A stretch of 46,533 nucleotides of DNA from a virus: the IMG/VR virus record IMGVR_UViG_3300045988_175774; one strand, given 5' to 3'. The notes beneath the pieces were generated by a model. The model was not told where the DNA came from and did no database searches. It was given only the letters and a program-made list of their open reading frames with translations. The position numbers and the translations under genes were made by a program. How positions within the stretch are numbered: position 1 is the first letter of the stretch; each line of letters opens with the position of its first letter. Below are positions 8,119 to 16,484 of this stretch, in pieces.

Positions 8119-8407
8119 TAGGCAAAATAAACAAAATAAAAAATTTTTTGAGCCTTATTTTTGTTACATTTTCACAAAATTATAGACTGGGACTCTTTGT
8201 GCAACAATACTAAAATTATAAAAATTTTTTGGCTATTTTTTGTAATTTATGTGCATTGACTTTTTTGTTCTCTGGTATTTTTGAATAAAAAACATCCCTC
8301 CAGCAGCGGATTTTTTGTGCAAAAAGTAGAAAAAAAATGCATAAAAAAGGAGGACGGATTTTGTGCAATCCGCCCTCTTGACAAGGTTTATAAGTTACTT
8401 TTTAGTT

Positions 8408-8827
8408 TTACTCTTCTTTCTCAGTTTCTTCTTCTTCTTCTTTTGCAAGAGAAAAGTAAGGAACTCTTTTTTCAACTGTCCTGACTACTTTGCCCCCTTC
8501 AATCATTTTTTTCAACAGTGCAGATAACTTCTGAGAAGAAAGCTTACTCATTTCGGCGTTCTCTTTAATCATAGTTGTAACTGTAACAGGTTTACCAAAC
8601 AGCTCTAAGGCAATTTCAATAAGTTCCATAAGCTCCTCATTTTCTTTAATGTGAGCTGTTTTCTTTTTGCCTGGTGCTGAAGATTTCTTATTTAACAGTT
8701 CAATCTCGTGATTGATAAAGTCAAGTGTTTCTGTTTTCTTGTCAAAATCTTCTGTTTTTTCTACGATACCTGCCAGCAGTTTAAAAAAGTCTTTTTTTGT
8801 CATTTTGTTTGTGTTTGTCATAATCAA
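8408..8827 (-). CDS. hypothetical protein, family A paralog 2
   Basis: Paralog of 6706..7107; the 3' coding DNA is also near-identical (..ctcttcttcttttgcaagagaaaagtaaggaactctttttt..). Confidence 0.65.
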   Translation of the reverse strand: MIMTNTNKMTKKDFFKLLAGIVEKTEDFDKKTETLDFINHEIELLNKKSSAPGKKKTAHIKENEELMELIEIALELFGKPVTVTTMIKENAEMSKLSSQKLSALLKKMIEGGKVVRTVEKRVPYFSLAKEEEEETEKEE

Positions 8828-8862
8828 ATCCCCTTTCTTTCTTTAAAAATTTTTTTGGTGGC

Positions 8863-8900
8863 TTGCGGTCGGTGGTCGATTTTGCTGACCATCCGAACCG
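8863..8900 (-). other. GC-rich nested stem-loop in the 5' leader of 8408..8827
   Basis: gcggtcgg-TGGTC-gattttgc-TGACCA-tccgaaccgc lies between the promoter (8933..8961) and the RBS. Confidence 0.5.
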
Positions 8901-8932
8901 CTTGAAATTGTTTATCACTTTGTTACAATGTT

Positions 8933-8961
8933 ATTATATTACTTCTTTTTGCTCTTGTCAA
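8933..8961 (-). promoter_or_regulatory. consensus promoter TTGACA-N17-TATAAT for 8408..8827
   Basis: plus attata at 8933-38 and tgtcaa at 8956-61. Confidence 0.6.
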
Positions 8962-8969
8962 GCACTTTT

Positions 8970-9344
8970 TTATTTTTTCTTTGATGGTCTATGCTTGATT
9001 AACGAAATTGAATATTCCGCACCGCCAATTTTGAAAGTAATTTCTTTCTGCGGATTTTTGATTATCACGCTTTCAAAGTTCATTTCCTCAACTTCTTTCA
9101 AGTGACTTGCCAAAATTTCAATGATTTTGACTTTTTCCGCATCCAATTTTACCTCACGTTTTTTCGTGCTTTTTTTCTCTGGTGTACTCTGAACATAGTT
9201 CTTAATGCCTTTAGCCTTAATCTCCATTTCCGCCATTTCAAGAGCTTCCTCTTTAGTTACCGGTTCTCCGTCCGCTTCAAATTCTTTCATCAGCTTAATA
9301 GCAAGCTTTTCGATTGCATCTGCGGTCACTGTTGTTTTAGCCAT
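8970..9344 (-). CDS. hypothetical protein (124 aa)
   Basis: ORF with RBS aaaaaggatgtgatataacATG. Confidence 0.6.
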   Translation of the reverse strand: MAKTTVTADAIEKLAIKLMKEFEADGEPVTKEEALEMAEMEIKAKGIKNYVQSTPEKKSTKKREVKLDAEKVKIIEILASHLKEVEEMNFESVIIKNPQKEITFKIGGAEYSISLIKHRPSKKK

Positions 9345-9392
9345 GTTATATCACATCCTTTTTAAAATTTACTATTAACTTGTTACAATGGT

Positions 9393-9421
9393 ATTATATC
9401 GCATCTTAGCTTAAAAGTCAA
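9393..9421 (-). promoter_or_regulatory. promoter TTGACT-N17-TATAAT for 8970..9344; a ~60-nt cassette is duplicated at 10161..10219
   Basis: plus attata at 9393-98 and agtcaa at 9416-21; copy 2 has attata at 10183-88 and agtcaa at 10206-11. Confidence 0.6.
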
Positions 9422-10128
9422 GCACTTTCGTGTAATTCTTTTCTTTTTTTCTGCGGAAGTCTCCAGCATGACGGCTTAATACTTCTATCCATTTTTTTAT
9501 GCTGGTCAAAACATTTTTTCATAATTTCGATTTCAATTTTTACATCTTCTAAGCCCGTATGAGATTCTACAAAATCAATATTCTTTTTAATATATTTATA
9601 GCATACCTCAGCGTTAGTTAAAAGATTGCCTTTTTCAGACTCAAATCCGTTTTTCTCAGCAAATTTGATATAGGTGTTTGTACTTAAAATCATCTGACAA
9701 GCCATGTTCCAAATACAAAAATATTCTGTACCATAAGGGAAAAACCAGCGAATAAAACTTTTGCTATGGTATCTGATAGCATTATTCAAAGCTTTTCTAT
9801 CAAAAGCCATATTGTAAGCCCCAACTTTTTTCACATTATATTCTTTCATGTCTGTAAACATCTGTTTTCTAATATTGAAAATGCTTTTCATGGTTCTTTT
9901 CCCGCTTTTTAAATCATCCCAGTATTTCGGAATTTTTTCAGCGTAGTAGGCACTATTCATAGCTTCTTTCAAGTCGATAAACGTTTCAGCGACTACAAAG
10001 CTTCTTTCGGTGACAATGTTACCGTGTCTATTTACAATAGCATAGCCAATATCATAAGGAATTGGCTCGTTTACACTATTCGCAGTTTCTGTATCCAATA
10101 CCATGAAAAACTCTTTTCTTCTACTCAT
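9418..10128 (-). CDS. DnaQ-like DEDDh 3'-5' exonuclease
   Basis: Exo I MVLDTETAN, Exo II MAFDRKAL and Exo III ESHTGLEDV are present. Start set at ATG 10128, with RBS gaggaaa 7 nt upstream; the track start at 10143 is a TTG. Confidence 0.7.
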   Translation of the reverse strand: MSRRKEFFMVLDTETANSVNEPIPYDIGYAIVNRHGNIVTERSFVVAETFIDLKEAMNSAYYAEKIPKYWDDLKSGKRTMKSIFNIRKQMFTDMKEYNVKKVGAYNMAFDRKALNNAIRYHSKSFIRWFFPYGTEYFCIWNMACQMILSTNTYIKFAEKNGFESEKGNLLTNAEVCYKYIKKNIDFVESHTGLEDVKIEIEIMKKCFDQHKKMDRSIKPSCWRLPQKKRKELHESA

Positions 10129-10217
10129 TTTTGATTTCCTCAACTTTCATTTATTTTTTTACTATTAACTTGTTACAATGGTATTATATCGCATCCTAGC
10201 TTAAAAGTCAAGCACTT

Positions 10218-10403
10218 TCATAAAATTTTTTCAAAATCTTTTAACTGCTGACTCGCAGATAATTCTTTGATTTTATATTTATGCAATCTATTGTTTAAAC
10301 AATACTCGCACCCACCGTGGTTTCTGCAATGCACAGACACGGCTTTTGCTTTGCGGTATTCTTTTCTATGCTCTTTTCCACTTCTGATTGCTTTATCCAT
10401 CAT
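10218..10403 (-). CDS. small Cys/His-rich putative zinc-binding protein
   Basis: HCRNHGGCEYC motif in a 61-aa ORF. Confidence 0.45.
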   Translation of the reverse strand: MMDKAIRSGKEHRKEYRKAKAVSVHCRNHGGCEYCLNNRLHKYKIKELSASQQLKDFEKIL

Positions 10404-10420
10404 GTTTAACCACCTACTTT

Positions 10421-10894
10421 CTATAAGAAATTTTTTAATACTTCCATGATATTGTTTACATCAAAACTATTTTTGCCCCACTCTTTTCTATTGCGTTCCT
10501 CATCATCAAAAAGCCATCCCTTACAATCAACGACAGTACTTTTCGGTGTGCCATAGTTTACAATTTTGATTTCGTCCCATTTAATACTAGGTAAGTGTTT
10601 TTCAAGCCATGCAAGTTTTACACTTGTTACCGCTGTATTATAAGAAGCTGACCCGCTTTTACTTAACCAGCTTACAATACCAATTCTATAGCCATTAGCT
10701 TGTAACTTGTGAAGCACTCTTGCGAAAACTGAAAAATTGAAAAGTGGTTTTGCTACTTTGTATGGTGTAGTGTCTTCTTTTTCCAAATATGCTAACCAGT
10801 TTTCCACGCCGTAGAAGTTAGCAAGTGTGCCGTCCATGTCAAAATAAATAGTTTCTTTTGTGCTCATCATTTTTTTAACTGTATTATCCATCAT
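10421..10894 (-). CDS. HAD-superfamily phosphatase, resembling the 5'(3')-deoxyribonucleotidase (NT5C-like) family
   Basis: HAD motif I IYFDMDGTLANF (DxDGT); size about 157 aa. Confidence 0.65.
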   Translation of the reverse strand: MMDNTVKKMMSTKETIYFDMDGTLANFYGVENWLAYLEKEDTTPYKVAKPLFNFSVFARVLHKLQANGYRIGIVSWLSKSGSASYNTAVTSVKLAWLEKHLPSIKWDEIKIVNYGTPKSTVVDCKGWLFDDEERNRKEWGKNSFDVNNIMEVLKNFL

Positions 10895-11331
10895 AATAAT
10901 TACCAGTCCTTCCTTTTTTGATTATCGCAAGTGCCTTGCGACCGACCGCTCATTATGTAAGCTTTGCTTTATTTCTGTTTTAAGTTTAATGTCCTTCGAC
11001 AAGTATATATTACTACATCTTAGCGAAAAAGTCAAATTTATTTTTTATTGTGCAAAGTGATGAAATTTTACATAAAAATCATAGTATTTTTGTTAAAATG
11101 TACAAATGTAGAAAATTAATGCGGATTTAGGCGGATTCTTGTGCATTTTGCTACCTTAAATATTACATATTGTGTTTCTGCGTGTCAAAAAAGGTATGAT
11201 TTTTTATTAAAATTTCGTCACTTTGCACAAGGTGTAGAAAATTTTGATATTATTTTATTAAATTTTGTGCATTTTGTATACCATGTCAAAAAATGGGATT
11301 TTTTTAATTTATTTTTTGTGCAAATTACCTA

Positions 11332-11435
11332 TTGACAAAAAGGTGCTAGATGTGGTATAATAAAATTTCGGGGTGCCCCGACCCCGAACGGACTTTGCCC
11401 TCTTCCATTATAACATACTCGAGCCACCTTGTCAA
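11332..11435. promoter_or_regulatory. element B: face-to-face consensus promoters flanking a GC hairpin
   Basis: Plus side: ttgaca 11332-37 and TGgTATAAT 11356-61. Hairpin: ttcgggg-tgccccga-ccccgaa at 11367-88. Minus side: TTGACA-N17-TATAAT (tgtcaa 11430-35, attata 11407-12). Confidence 0.6.
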
Positions 11436-11503
11436 GAGTTTTTTTCAAAAAAAATGCACAAATTTTGGGATAAAAATTTTGAAAAATTTGTGCATTTTTT
11501 CTC

Positions 11504-11599
11504 TTGACAAAATGTCTCAACTATGTTATAATGGAAGGCTCGCGAGCAGTCAATGCGAGCCGAGCCGGCTATTATACCACATTTTCCGCGACTTGTCAA
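11504..11599. promoter_or_regulatory. element C: face-to-face consensus promoters flanking a GC hairpin
   Basis: Plus side: ttgaca 11504-09, 17-nt spacer, tataat 11527-32. Hairpin: ggctcgc-gagcagtcaat-gcgagcc at 11537-61. Minus side: TTGACA-N17-TGgTATAAT (tgtcaa 11594-99, attata 11571-76). Confidence 0.6.
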
Positions 11600-11721
11600 C
11601 CCCTTTTTAAAAAAATTTTTATTTTCGTCATTTTGCACAAAAATAAAATTCAGCATTTTGCACAAAAGAACAAAAGTCTAATTTACTTAGACTTTTGTTA
11701 TAAAAATTTTTCTATTTATGA

Positions 11722-11913
11722 CTAATTATTTTCATCATTTATTATTAAATTCACGTGATTTCTTTTTTTTCGTTTCATTATTGCTTCATAAGCAATTTCT
11801 ACTATTTCTTTTGAAATGTTTTGATTCTCTGCTATTTTACAGAATATAATTACTGTGTCATTTTCAAATCCTTTTGCTTGAATCATTTTATCCATCATCT
11901 CTGTCCTTGTCAT
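11722..11913 (-). CDS. small hypothetical protein, family B paralog 1
   Basis: MTRTEMMDKMIQAKGFEND..; RBS agagagg. Paralog of 12890..13030. Confidence 0.5.
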   Translation of the reverse strand: MTRTEMMDKMIQAKGFENDTVIIFCKIAENQNISKEIVEIAYEAIMKRKKRNHVNLIINDENN

Positions 11914-12202
11914 TATTGTTTTCCTCTCTTTCTTTAACTGTCTTTATTATATCACAAGAAGCTGATTTTGTCAATCCCTTTTTATAAAAATCAACTCCTT
12001 CAATTTCAAAACATTTGCGATAAGCGTTAATACAATTATACCAAGAATCATCATCGCTTACACACTTTGTCAGAATTTCATCATTCCATCCATCTTTAAA
12101 CAGGGGAAGCCAAACATTAGTTATTACGTCTTCATTAATGTATTTTCTGATGAACGAATTCATTCGTCTGAGATAATATTTTCTAATTTCAATTATTTCC
12201 AT
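11888..12202 (-). CDS. hypothetical protein (104 aa)
   Basis: ORF overlapping neighbouring genes; no recognisable motif. Confidence 0.5.
   Translation of the reverse strand: MEIIEIRKYYLRRMNSFIRKYINEDVITNVWLPLFKDGWNDEILTKCVSDDDSWYNCINAYRKCFEIEGVDFYKKGLTKSASCDIIKTVKEREENNNDKDRDDG
11946..11974 (-). promoter_or_regulatory. consensus promoter TTGACA-N17-TATAAT for 11722..11913, lying inside the 3' end of the upstream ORF
   Basis: plus attata at 11946-51 and tgtcaa at 11969-74. Confidence 0.55.
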
Positions 12203-12205
12203 CTC

Positions 12206-12403
12206 TTAAAAACTCCATTCTTGTTTTGCTCTTTTTTTGATATCATTATAATTTATTTTGTTAATCCTTTTTCTCCTCTTTAAAATTCTATTGACTTGTT
12301 TTTTAATATCCTTTAAATCTTCAAGACTGCAATAAATTTTATCACCCCGACTGTCTTTAATTGTATAAGGATAACTCTTATCATCGCTTTTTTCTACCGT
12401 CAT
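12206..12403 (-). CDS. small hypothetical protein; start moved to the ATG at 12403
   Basis: RBS agagaggtaagg precedes ATG (MTVEKSDD..); it shares the attatcaaatgaaagagagg leader. Confidence 0.5.
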   Translation of the reverse strand: MTVEKSDDKSYPYTIKDSRGDKIYCSLEDLKDIKKQVNRILKRRKRINKINYNDIKKRAKQEWSF

Positions 12404-12431
12404 TTTCCTTACCTCTCTTTTATTTGATAAT

Positions 12432-12460
12432 ATTATACTATAGGTCTTGGCTTTTGTCAA
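12432..12460 (-). promoter_or_regulatory. consensus promoter TTGACA-N17-TATAAT with a palindrome over the -35 (ataggtcttg..caagacctat)
   Basis: plus attata at 12432-37 and tgtcaa at 12455-60. Confidence 0.6.
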
Positions 12461-12476
12461 GACCTATTTTATTTTT

Positions 12477-12731
12477 TTATTTTGGAAGAACAACTTCAGC
12501 TTTAATCGGTTCTACTTTCTGAGATGCTTTAAAAGCTCTAATCTGTCCAGTAGCAAGGTTAACCGCCATGACCTTCCCTTGATGTTTGTCTAAGAAAAGA
12601 CCACTACTTTTATCAATAACCATGTATAATCCAATTTCATCAGTACCAGTTCTTTTACTAAAAAAAGTACTTCCTACTGTCAATTTCTCGATACAAGTTC
12701 CTACTGTTTTTTTATCAAAGTTGATTTTCAT
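12477..12731 (-). CDS. hypothetical protein; start moved to the ATG at 12731
   Basis: RBS agagagg precedes ATG (MKINFDKK..). Confidence 0.55.
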   Translation of the reverse strand: MKINFDKKTVGTCIEKLTVGSTFFSKRTGTDEIGLYMVIDKSSGLFLDKHQGKVMAVNLATGQIRAFKASQKVEPIKAEVVLPK

Positions 12732-12763
12732 TTTTGTTTTCCTCTCTTTCATTTGATAATATT

Positions 12764-12792
12764 ATTATACTATAAAGTCGGCTACTTGTCAA
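12764..12792 (-). promoter_or_regulatory. consensus promoter TTGACA-N17-TATAAT for 12477..12731
   Basis: plus attata at 12764-69 and tgtcaa at 12787-92. Confidence 0.6.
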
Positions 12793-12889
12793 CTATATTT
12801 TTTAAATGTTTAATTGTTTTTTCTCATTTTTACTATCTTTTTCTTTTTTCTTTGTCGCATGAGTTTTAAAACTCATGCGACTTTTACTA

Positions 12890-13030
12890 TTATTTTATTA
12901 CTACTGCGTAAGCAAGTTCTACTGTTGTATTTGAAACTTCGCTTTCTGCTAATTTACAAAACCAGATTGTTAGTTCATCTTCAAAACCTCTTTCTTTAAT
13001 CATTTTATCCATCATTTCTTTTCTTGTCAT
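12890..13030 (-). CDS. small protein (46 aa), family B paralog 2; missed by the ORF track
   Basis: rc translation MTRKEMMDKMIKERGFEDELTIWFCKLAESEVSNTTVELAYAVVIK; the DNA is collinear with 11780-11915. Confidence 0.45.
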   Translation of the reverse strand: MTRKEMMDKMIKERGFEDELTIWFCKLAESEVSNTTVELAYAVVIK

Positions 13031-13062
13031 ATCTAGCAACCACCTTTCTTTGAACTATCTTA

Positions 13063-13091
13063 ATAATATCACAAAAGCTTGAGTTTGTCAA
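13063..13091 (-). promoter_or_regulatory. promoter TTGACA-N17-TATTAT with a 14-nt palindrome over the -35
   Basis: plus ataata at 13063-68 and tgtcaa at 13086-91; palindrome cacaaaagcttg / caagcttttgtg. Confidence 0.55.
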
Positions 13092-13119
13092 GCTTTTGTG
13101 ATAATTTTTTTTACTTTTT

Positions 13120-13455
13120 TTATTTAAAATTACTATGCAATTCAATTACTTTACCGCAGTTGTCGCAAGTCCAATAATAAATTGTTCCAACGTTCCTATG
13201 ATTATCGGCGTTTGCAAATCGCCATTTATTGCCACACTCTATACAATAACCATTATTCCATACGGCTTTATCATTTGCTTGTTCACGCACTATTAAATTA
13301 CTAATAGTACAACCTATCAAAATAGCAATGATAATACCTAAAATCCATTTTAATATAGCTTTTCCATTTTCTAAGAAAATATTTACAAGCATCAAAGACA
13401 TAAAACTTCCTACAGTTACTGACATTAAAATTGCTACAATAATGAATTTAATCAT
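13120..13455 (-). CDS. membrane protein with two N-terminal TM helices and a C-terminal zinc ribbon
   Basis: Hydrophobic N-terminal half; CIECGNK...CDNCGK. Confidence 0.6.
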   Translation of the reverse strand: MIKFIIVAILMSVTVGSFMSLMLVNIFLENGKAILKWILGIIIAILIGCTISNLIVREQANDKAVWNNGYCIECGNKWRFANADNHRNVGTIYYWTCDNCGKVIELHSNFK

Positions 13456-13473
13456 TTTAACTACCTCTTTTTC

Positions 13474-13656
13474 TTATTTAATTTCTTTAAAGATACTTTC
13501 ATCTGTGGCATTACATAACTTATTATTTACGTTATACTTAGCATAAAGCCACTTTTTACAATCCCATTTTAGCGGACAATGATAACAAGTTGTAGTAAAA
13601 GCCGTGGTTTCCATCGGAATTGCAAGAAATATCTTTTTAAGTTTTTTAGCTATCAT
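13474..13656 (-). CDS. small Cys-rich protein
   Basis: 60-aa ORF with a CYHCP..C..C pattern. Confidence 0.4.
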   Translation of the reverse strand: MIAKKLKKIFLAIPMETTAFTTTCYHCPLKWDCKKWLYAKYNVNNKLCNATDESIFKEIK

Positions 13657-14110
13657 ATTATTTTTTTCTCCTTCCTTTTAACTATCTTTATAATACCATA
13701 TTAAAATTAGTTTATCAATCCCCTTTTATAAAAAATTATAAAAAAGGAAGATTTTTTTATCTTCCTTTTACTTTTGCTTTATTCTTGTTTTTTATTTTTA
13801 TCTTAATAATCTTAATAAATAGTTATTCTCATGCTCTTTTAAAAAAGCGTTAATTTCTTCTATCGTTTCAGCGTAAATCTCGCCTGTCTCAGTGTCTACT
13901 AACATCAATTTTTTACTTCCTAAAAATAATCCTAAATCTAACATATTTAAGCCCTCCATTAAGAAATTTTTACCAGATAACCGTTTGTATTTTTTTCCAC
14001 TGAAAAAATGTATTGATTATCTTTTAAGTATTTTTTTATAGTTTCAAATGCTTTTCGAGTTGTCAGTAACATTGTCATATTTCTTTACCTCTCTTTCATT
14101 TGATAATACT

Positions 14111-14139
14111 ATGATACTATATTTCCTTGCTTTTGTCAA
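14111..14139 (-). promoter_or_regulatory. promoter TTGACA-N17-TATCAT with the shared leader, upstream of a ~37-aa ORF (about 14080-13967)
   Basis: plus atgata at 14111-16 and tgtcaa at 14134-39; leader attatcaaatgaaagagaggtaaagaaatATG. Confidence 0.45.
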
Positions 14140-14195
14140 GCGTTTTAGGAAAATTTTTCAAAGATTTTTTTATGCGGATTTCCACTGAAAAAACC

Positions 14196-14265
14196 TGAAC
14201 TTAAGGAGATTGTAGGCGAACCGACTCCAGAACCGTCAAGTTCGGGAGTCCCTTTTTTATTTAAG
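14196..14265. terminator. GC-rich hairpin with T-runs on both strands (candidate bidirectional terminator)
   Basis: gactcc..ggagtc and gaactt..aagttc stems; plus side followed by cttttttattt, minus side followed by ttttttcag. Confidence 0.4.
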
Positions 14266-14574
14266 GAATGATTCTAAAGCCTTATAGCATAAATCAGCGT
14301 TTTCTTTATCTTTTATGCTAGTACCTTTAGAAAAGTCATTCATAGCGGCTGTTAGTAATTCCGATACTGAAATAAATTCAAATACCAGCTGTAAAGCCGC
14401 CAATTCATTAAGATTGACTTTTTTTCATCGGTTCTTTCCTATCTCCTTTTTAAATATTTTATTTTCTTTACATTATTACTATATCAAATTTTTTAATAAA
14501 ATTCAAAAAAGATACTTTATCTAAATAAGCAAAGAAAAGGGCTGAACCTATTCCGCCCTTTTCCCGCTTTTCCG

Positions 14575-14853
14575 CTATCCTATTATCTCTGCATCTGTAA
14601 TAATATCATCTGTCACGTTATCAGTCCCTAAAGAATCCATGTATAATTTAACTTTATCTTTTGCTTTAAAGCCATCTCCATAGAAACTCCAAACATGTTC
14701 ATAGTTATCCATGACAACCACTTCATTATTGAAAGAGCTAATCACTTTAGCTTCTCTTGTGTACTTAGTAAAGCTACCAAAACCGCAAATACTACTTAAA
14801 GTTGCACTTACTGCTAATCCTAAAATCACCTTTTTCACTATATCTAACTCCAA
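14575..14853 (-). CDS. small secreted protein (signal-peptide-like N-terminus)
   Basis: N-terminal hydrophobic segment VILGLAVSATLSSICGFG. Confidence 0.5.
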   Translation of the reverse strand: MELDIVKKVILGLAVSATLSSICGFGSFTKYTREAKVISSFNNEVVVMDNYEHVWSFYGDGFKAKDKVKLYMDSLGTDNVTDDIITDAEIIG

Positions 14854-15122
14854 CCTCTTTCTTTCTTAATCTTTTCGTATCTTTCTTTTGCTTCTTCTTC
14901 AATCTTCTTTTTGTTGTATACTCTAACTTTCATTCTGGTATATCCATCTCTTTTTAAACACCAACGTTCTGTTTTACGTTGTACTACTATCTTGTCGATA
15001 GCCCTTTGCTGTACCTCTTGCTTATGAGTGTTATAATATTTGATACTCTCAATTTCTAATAAAGTACTTATTGGTCTGTACTTATTGGTTACACTAAACA
15101 AAGTACATTGAATTGTTATCAT
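14844..15122 (-). CDS. small basic protein
   Basis: K/R-rich 92-aa ORF; promoter at 15148..15176. Confidence 0.5.
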   Translation of the reverse strand: MITIQCTLFSVTNKYRPISTLLEIESIKYYNTHKQEVQQRAIDKIVVQRKTERWCLKRDGYTRMKVRVYNKKKIEEEAKERYEKIKKERGWS

Positions 15123-15147
15123 CTTATCACCTCTCTTTTCAAGTATT

Positions 15148-15176
15148 ATTATACTACCTTATTATACCATTGTCAA
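15148..15176 (-). promoter_or_regulatory. consensus promoter TTGACA-N17-TATAAT for the 14844..15122 operon
   Basis: plus attata at 15148-53 and tgtcaa at 15171-76. Confidence 0.55.
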
Positions 15177-15329
15177 GCTTTTATTTACAGTATTTTTATT
15201 TATTTTAATGTATATTTACTCATGTTATTAAGACTAACAGTTAGTTTTAAATACATATTTATATCTTTTTTATAAATGGTAAAATAAAATATAATATAAA
15301 TATTATCATACTATTTTATTTAGTATTAT

Positions 15330-15585
<256 letters not shown>

Positions 15586-16240
15586 CTTAAGCTTAACCTC
15601 TCATTATAGCACCTTTAGCTCATTCTGTCAATAGACATTTTACACAATTTTTTCTTTAAAACTTTGTGCAGATTGCCCATTGACATTTCTTGTCTATTGA
15701 CATTTTGTACAAAAATCAAATTATATTTTTGTATACTTTTACCATTGACAGGGTTTGTCAATAGACATAATGTACAAAATTTTCCATGTATTTTTGTACA
15801 ATTTTACCTATTGACAAGTTCATTTTAGGAAAATATCTTTGTACATTTTTTACAAAAATTTAGCCAAAAATTTGTGCATTTTGCCTATTGACAAGCTTCT
15901 CGGAGCGTTGCGAAAGTATACGCTCCGACGATAGATGGCAAGCTACCAATAGCCAATAAAAATTCTAATCTTCTTGCTTTATTTTAGTTATTTAAAGAAT
16001 TTATTTTATTAGTTTAACTCTTTCTCCTCTTTGCTTAAAATAATGTGTTCAAAACTCTTCTGAACAAAAAGCATATCCTCTTTGGAAAAAGATTTGAAAA
16101 ATTATTTGTTAGGCGGTATCTTGTTGCTTCTTGCTCAAAAGAAATGCTCAAACTACAGACCATACTTAAACATAATGCCGGGGTATATTAAAGGATTAAA
16201 ATTTTTTACTTTTATAAAAAGATAGTGTTCTCCACAATTC

Positions 16241-16400
16241 TCTCTCCAAAAATTTTTTCAAATCTAAAAGTCTAAAAGTCTAAAAATAAAATCAAAAAAC
16301 GAGAATTAAAAATCTCTCCAAAAATTTTTTCAAATCTAAAAGTCTAAAAATAAAATCAAAAAACGAGAATTAAAAATCTCTCCAAAAAATTTTTTTAAAC
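16241..16400. repeat. tandem direct repeat of about 64-72 nt, about 2.3 copies
   Basis: tctctccaaaaattttttcaaatctaaaag(tctaaaag)tctaaaaataaaatcaaaaaacgagaattaaaaa appears twice, followed by a partial third copy. Confidence 0.85.
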
Positions 16401-16484
16401 AAATTAAAATAAAATAAAATAAAAAAGGATTTTAAAAAAATAAAAATATTTCTCATTTTTCTCTTTAAAAAACTACCCGCGATG

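Noticed and set aside
7967-8484. Plus-strand ORFs 7967-8185, 8025-8213 and 8281-8484 in the promoter island
   Set aside because: They span elements and hairpins that are clearly non-coding. No RBS. They overlap one another in different frames.
14315-14524. Plus-strand ORF 14315-14524
   Set aside because: It lies downstream of a bidirectional terminator with no promoter or RBS. The product is F/I/L-rich and is likely spurious.
16238-16440. Possible CRISPR array
   Set aside because: The tandem units are about 64-72 nt and contiguous, with no unique spacers of regular length. This is a plain tandem duplication, not repeat-spacer architecture.
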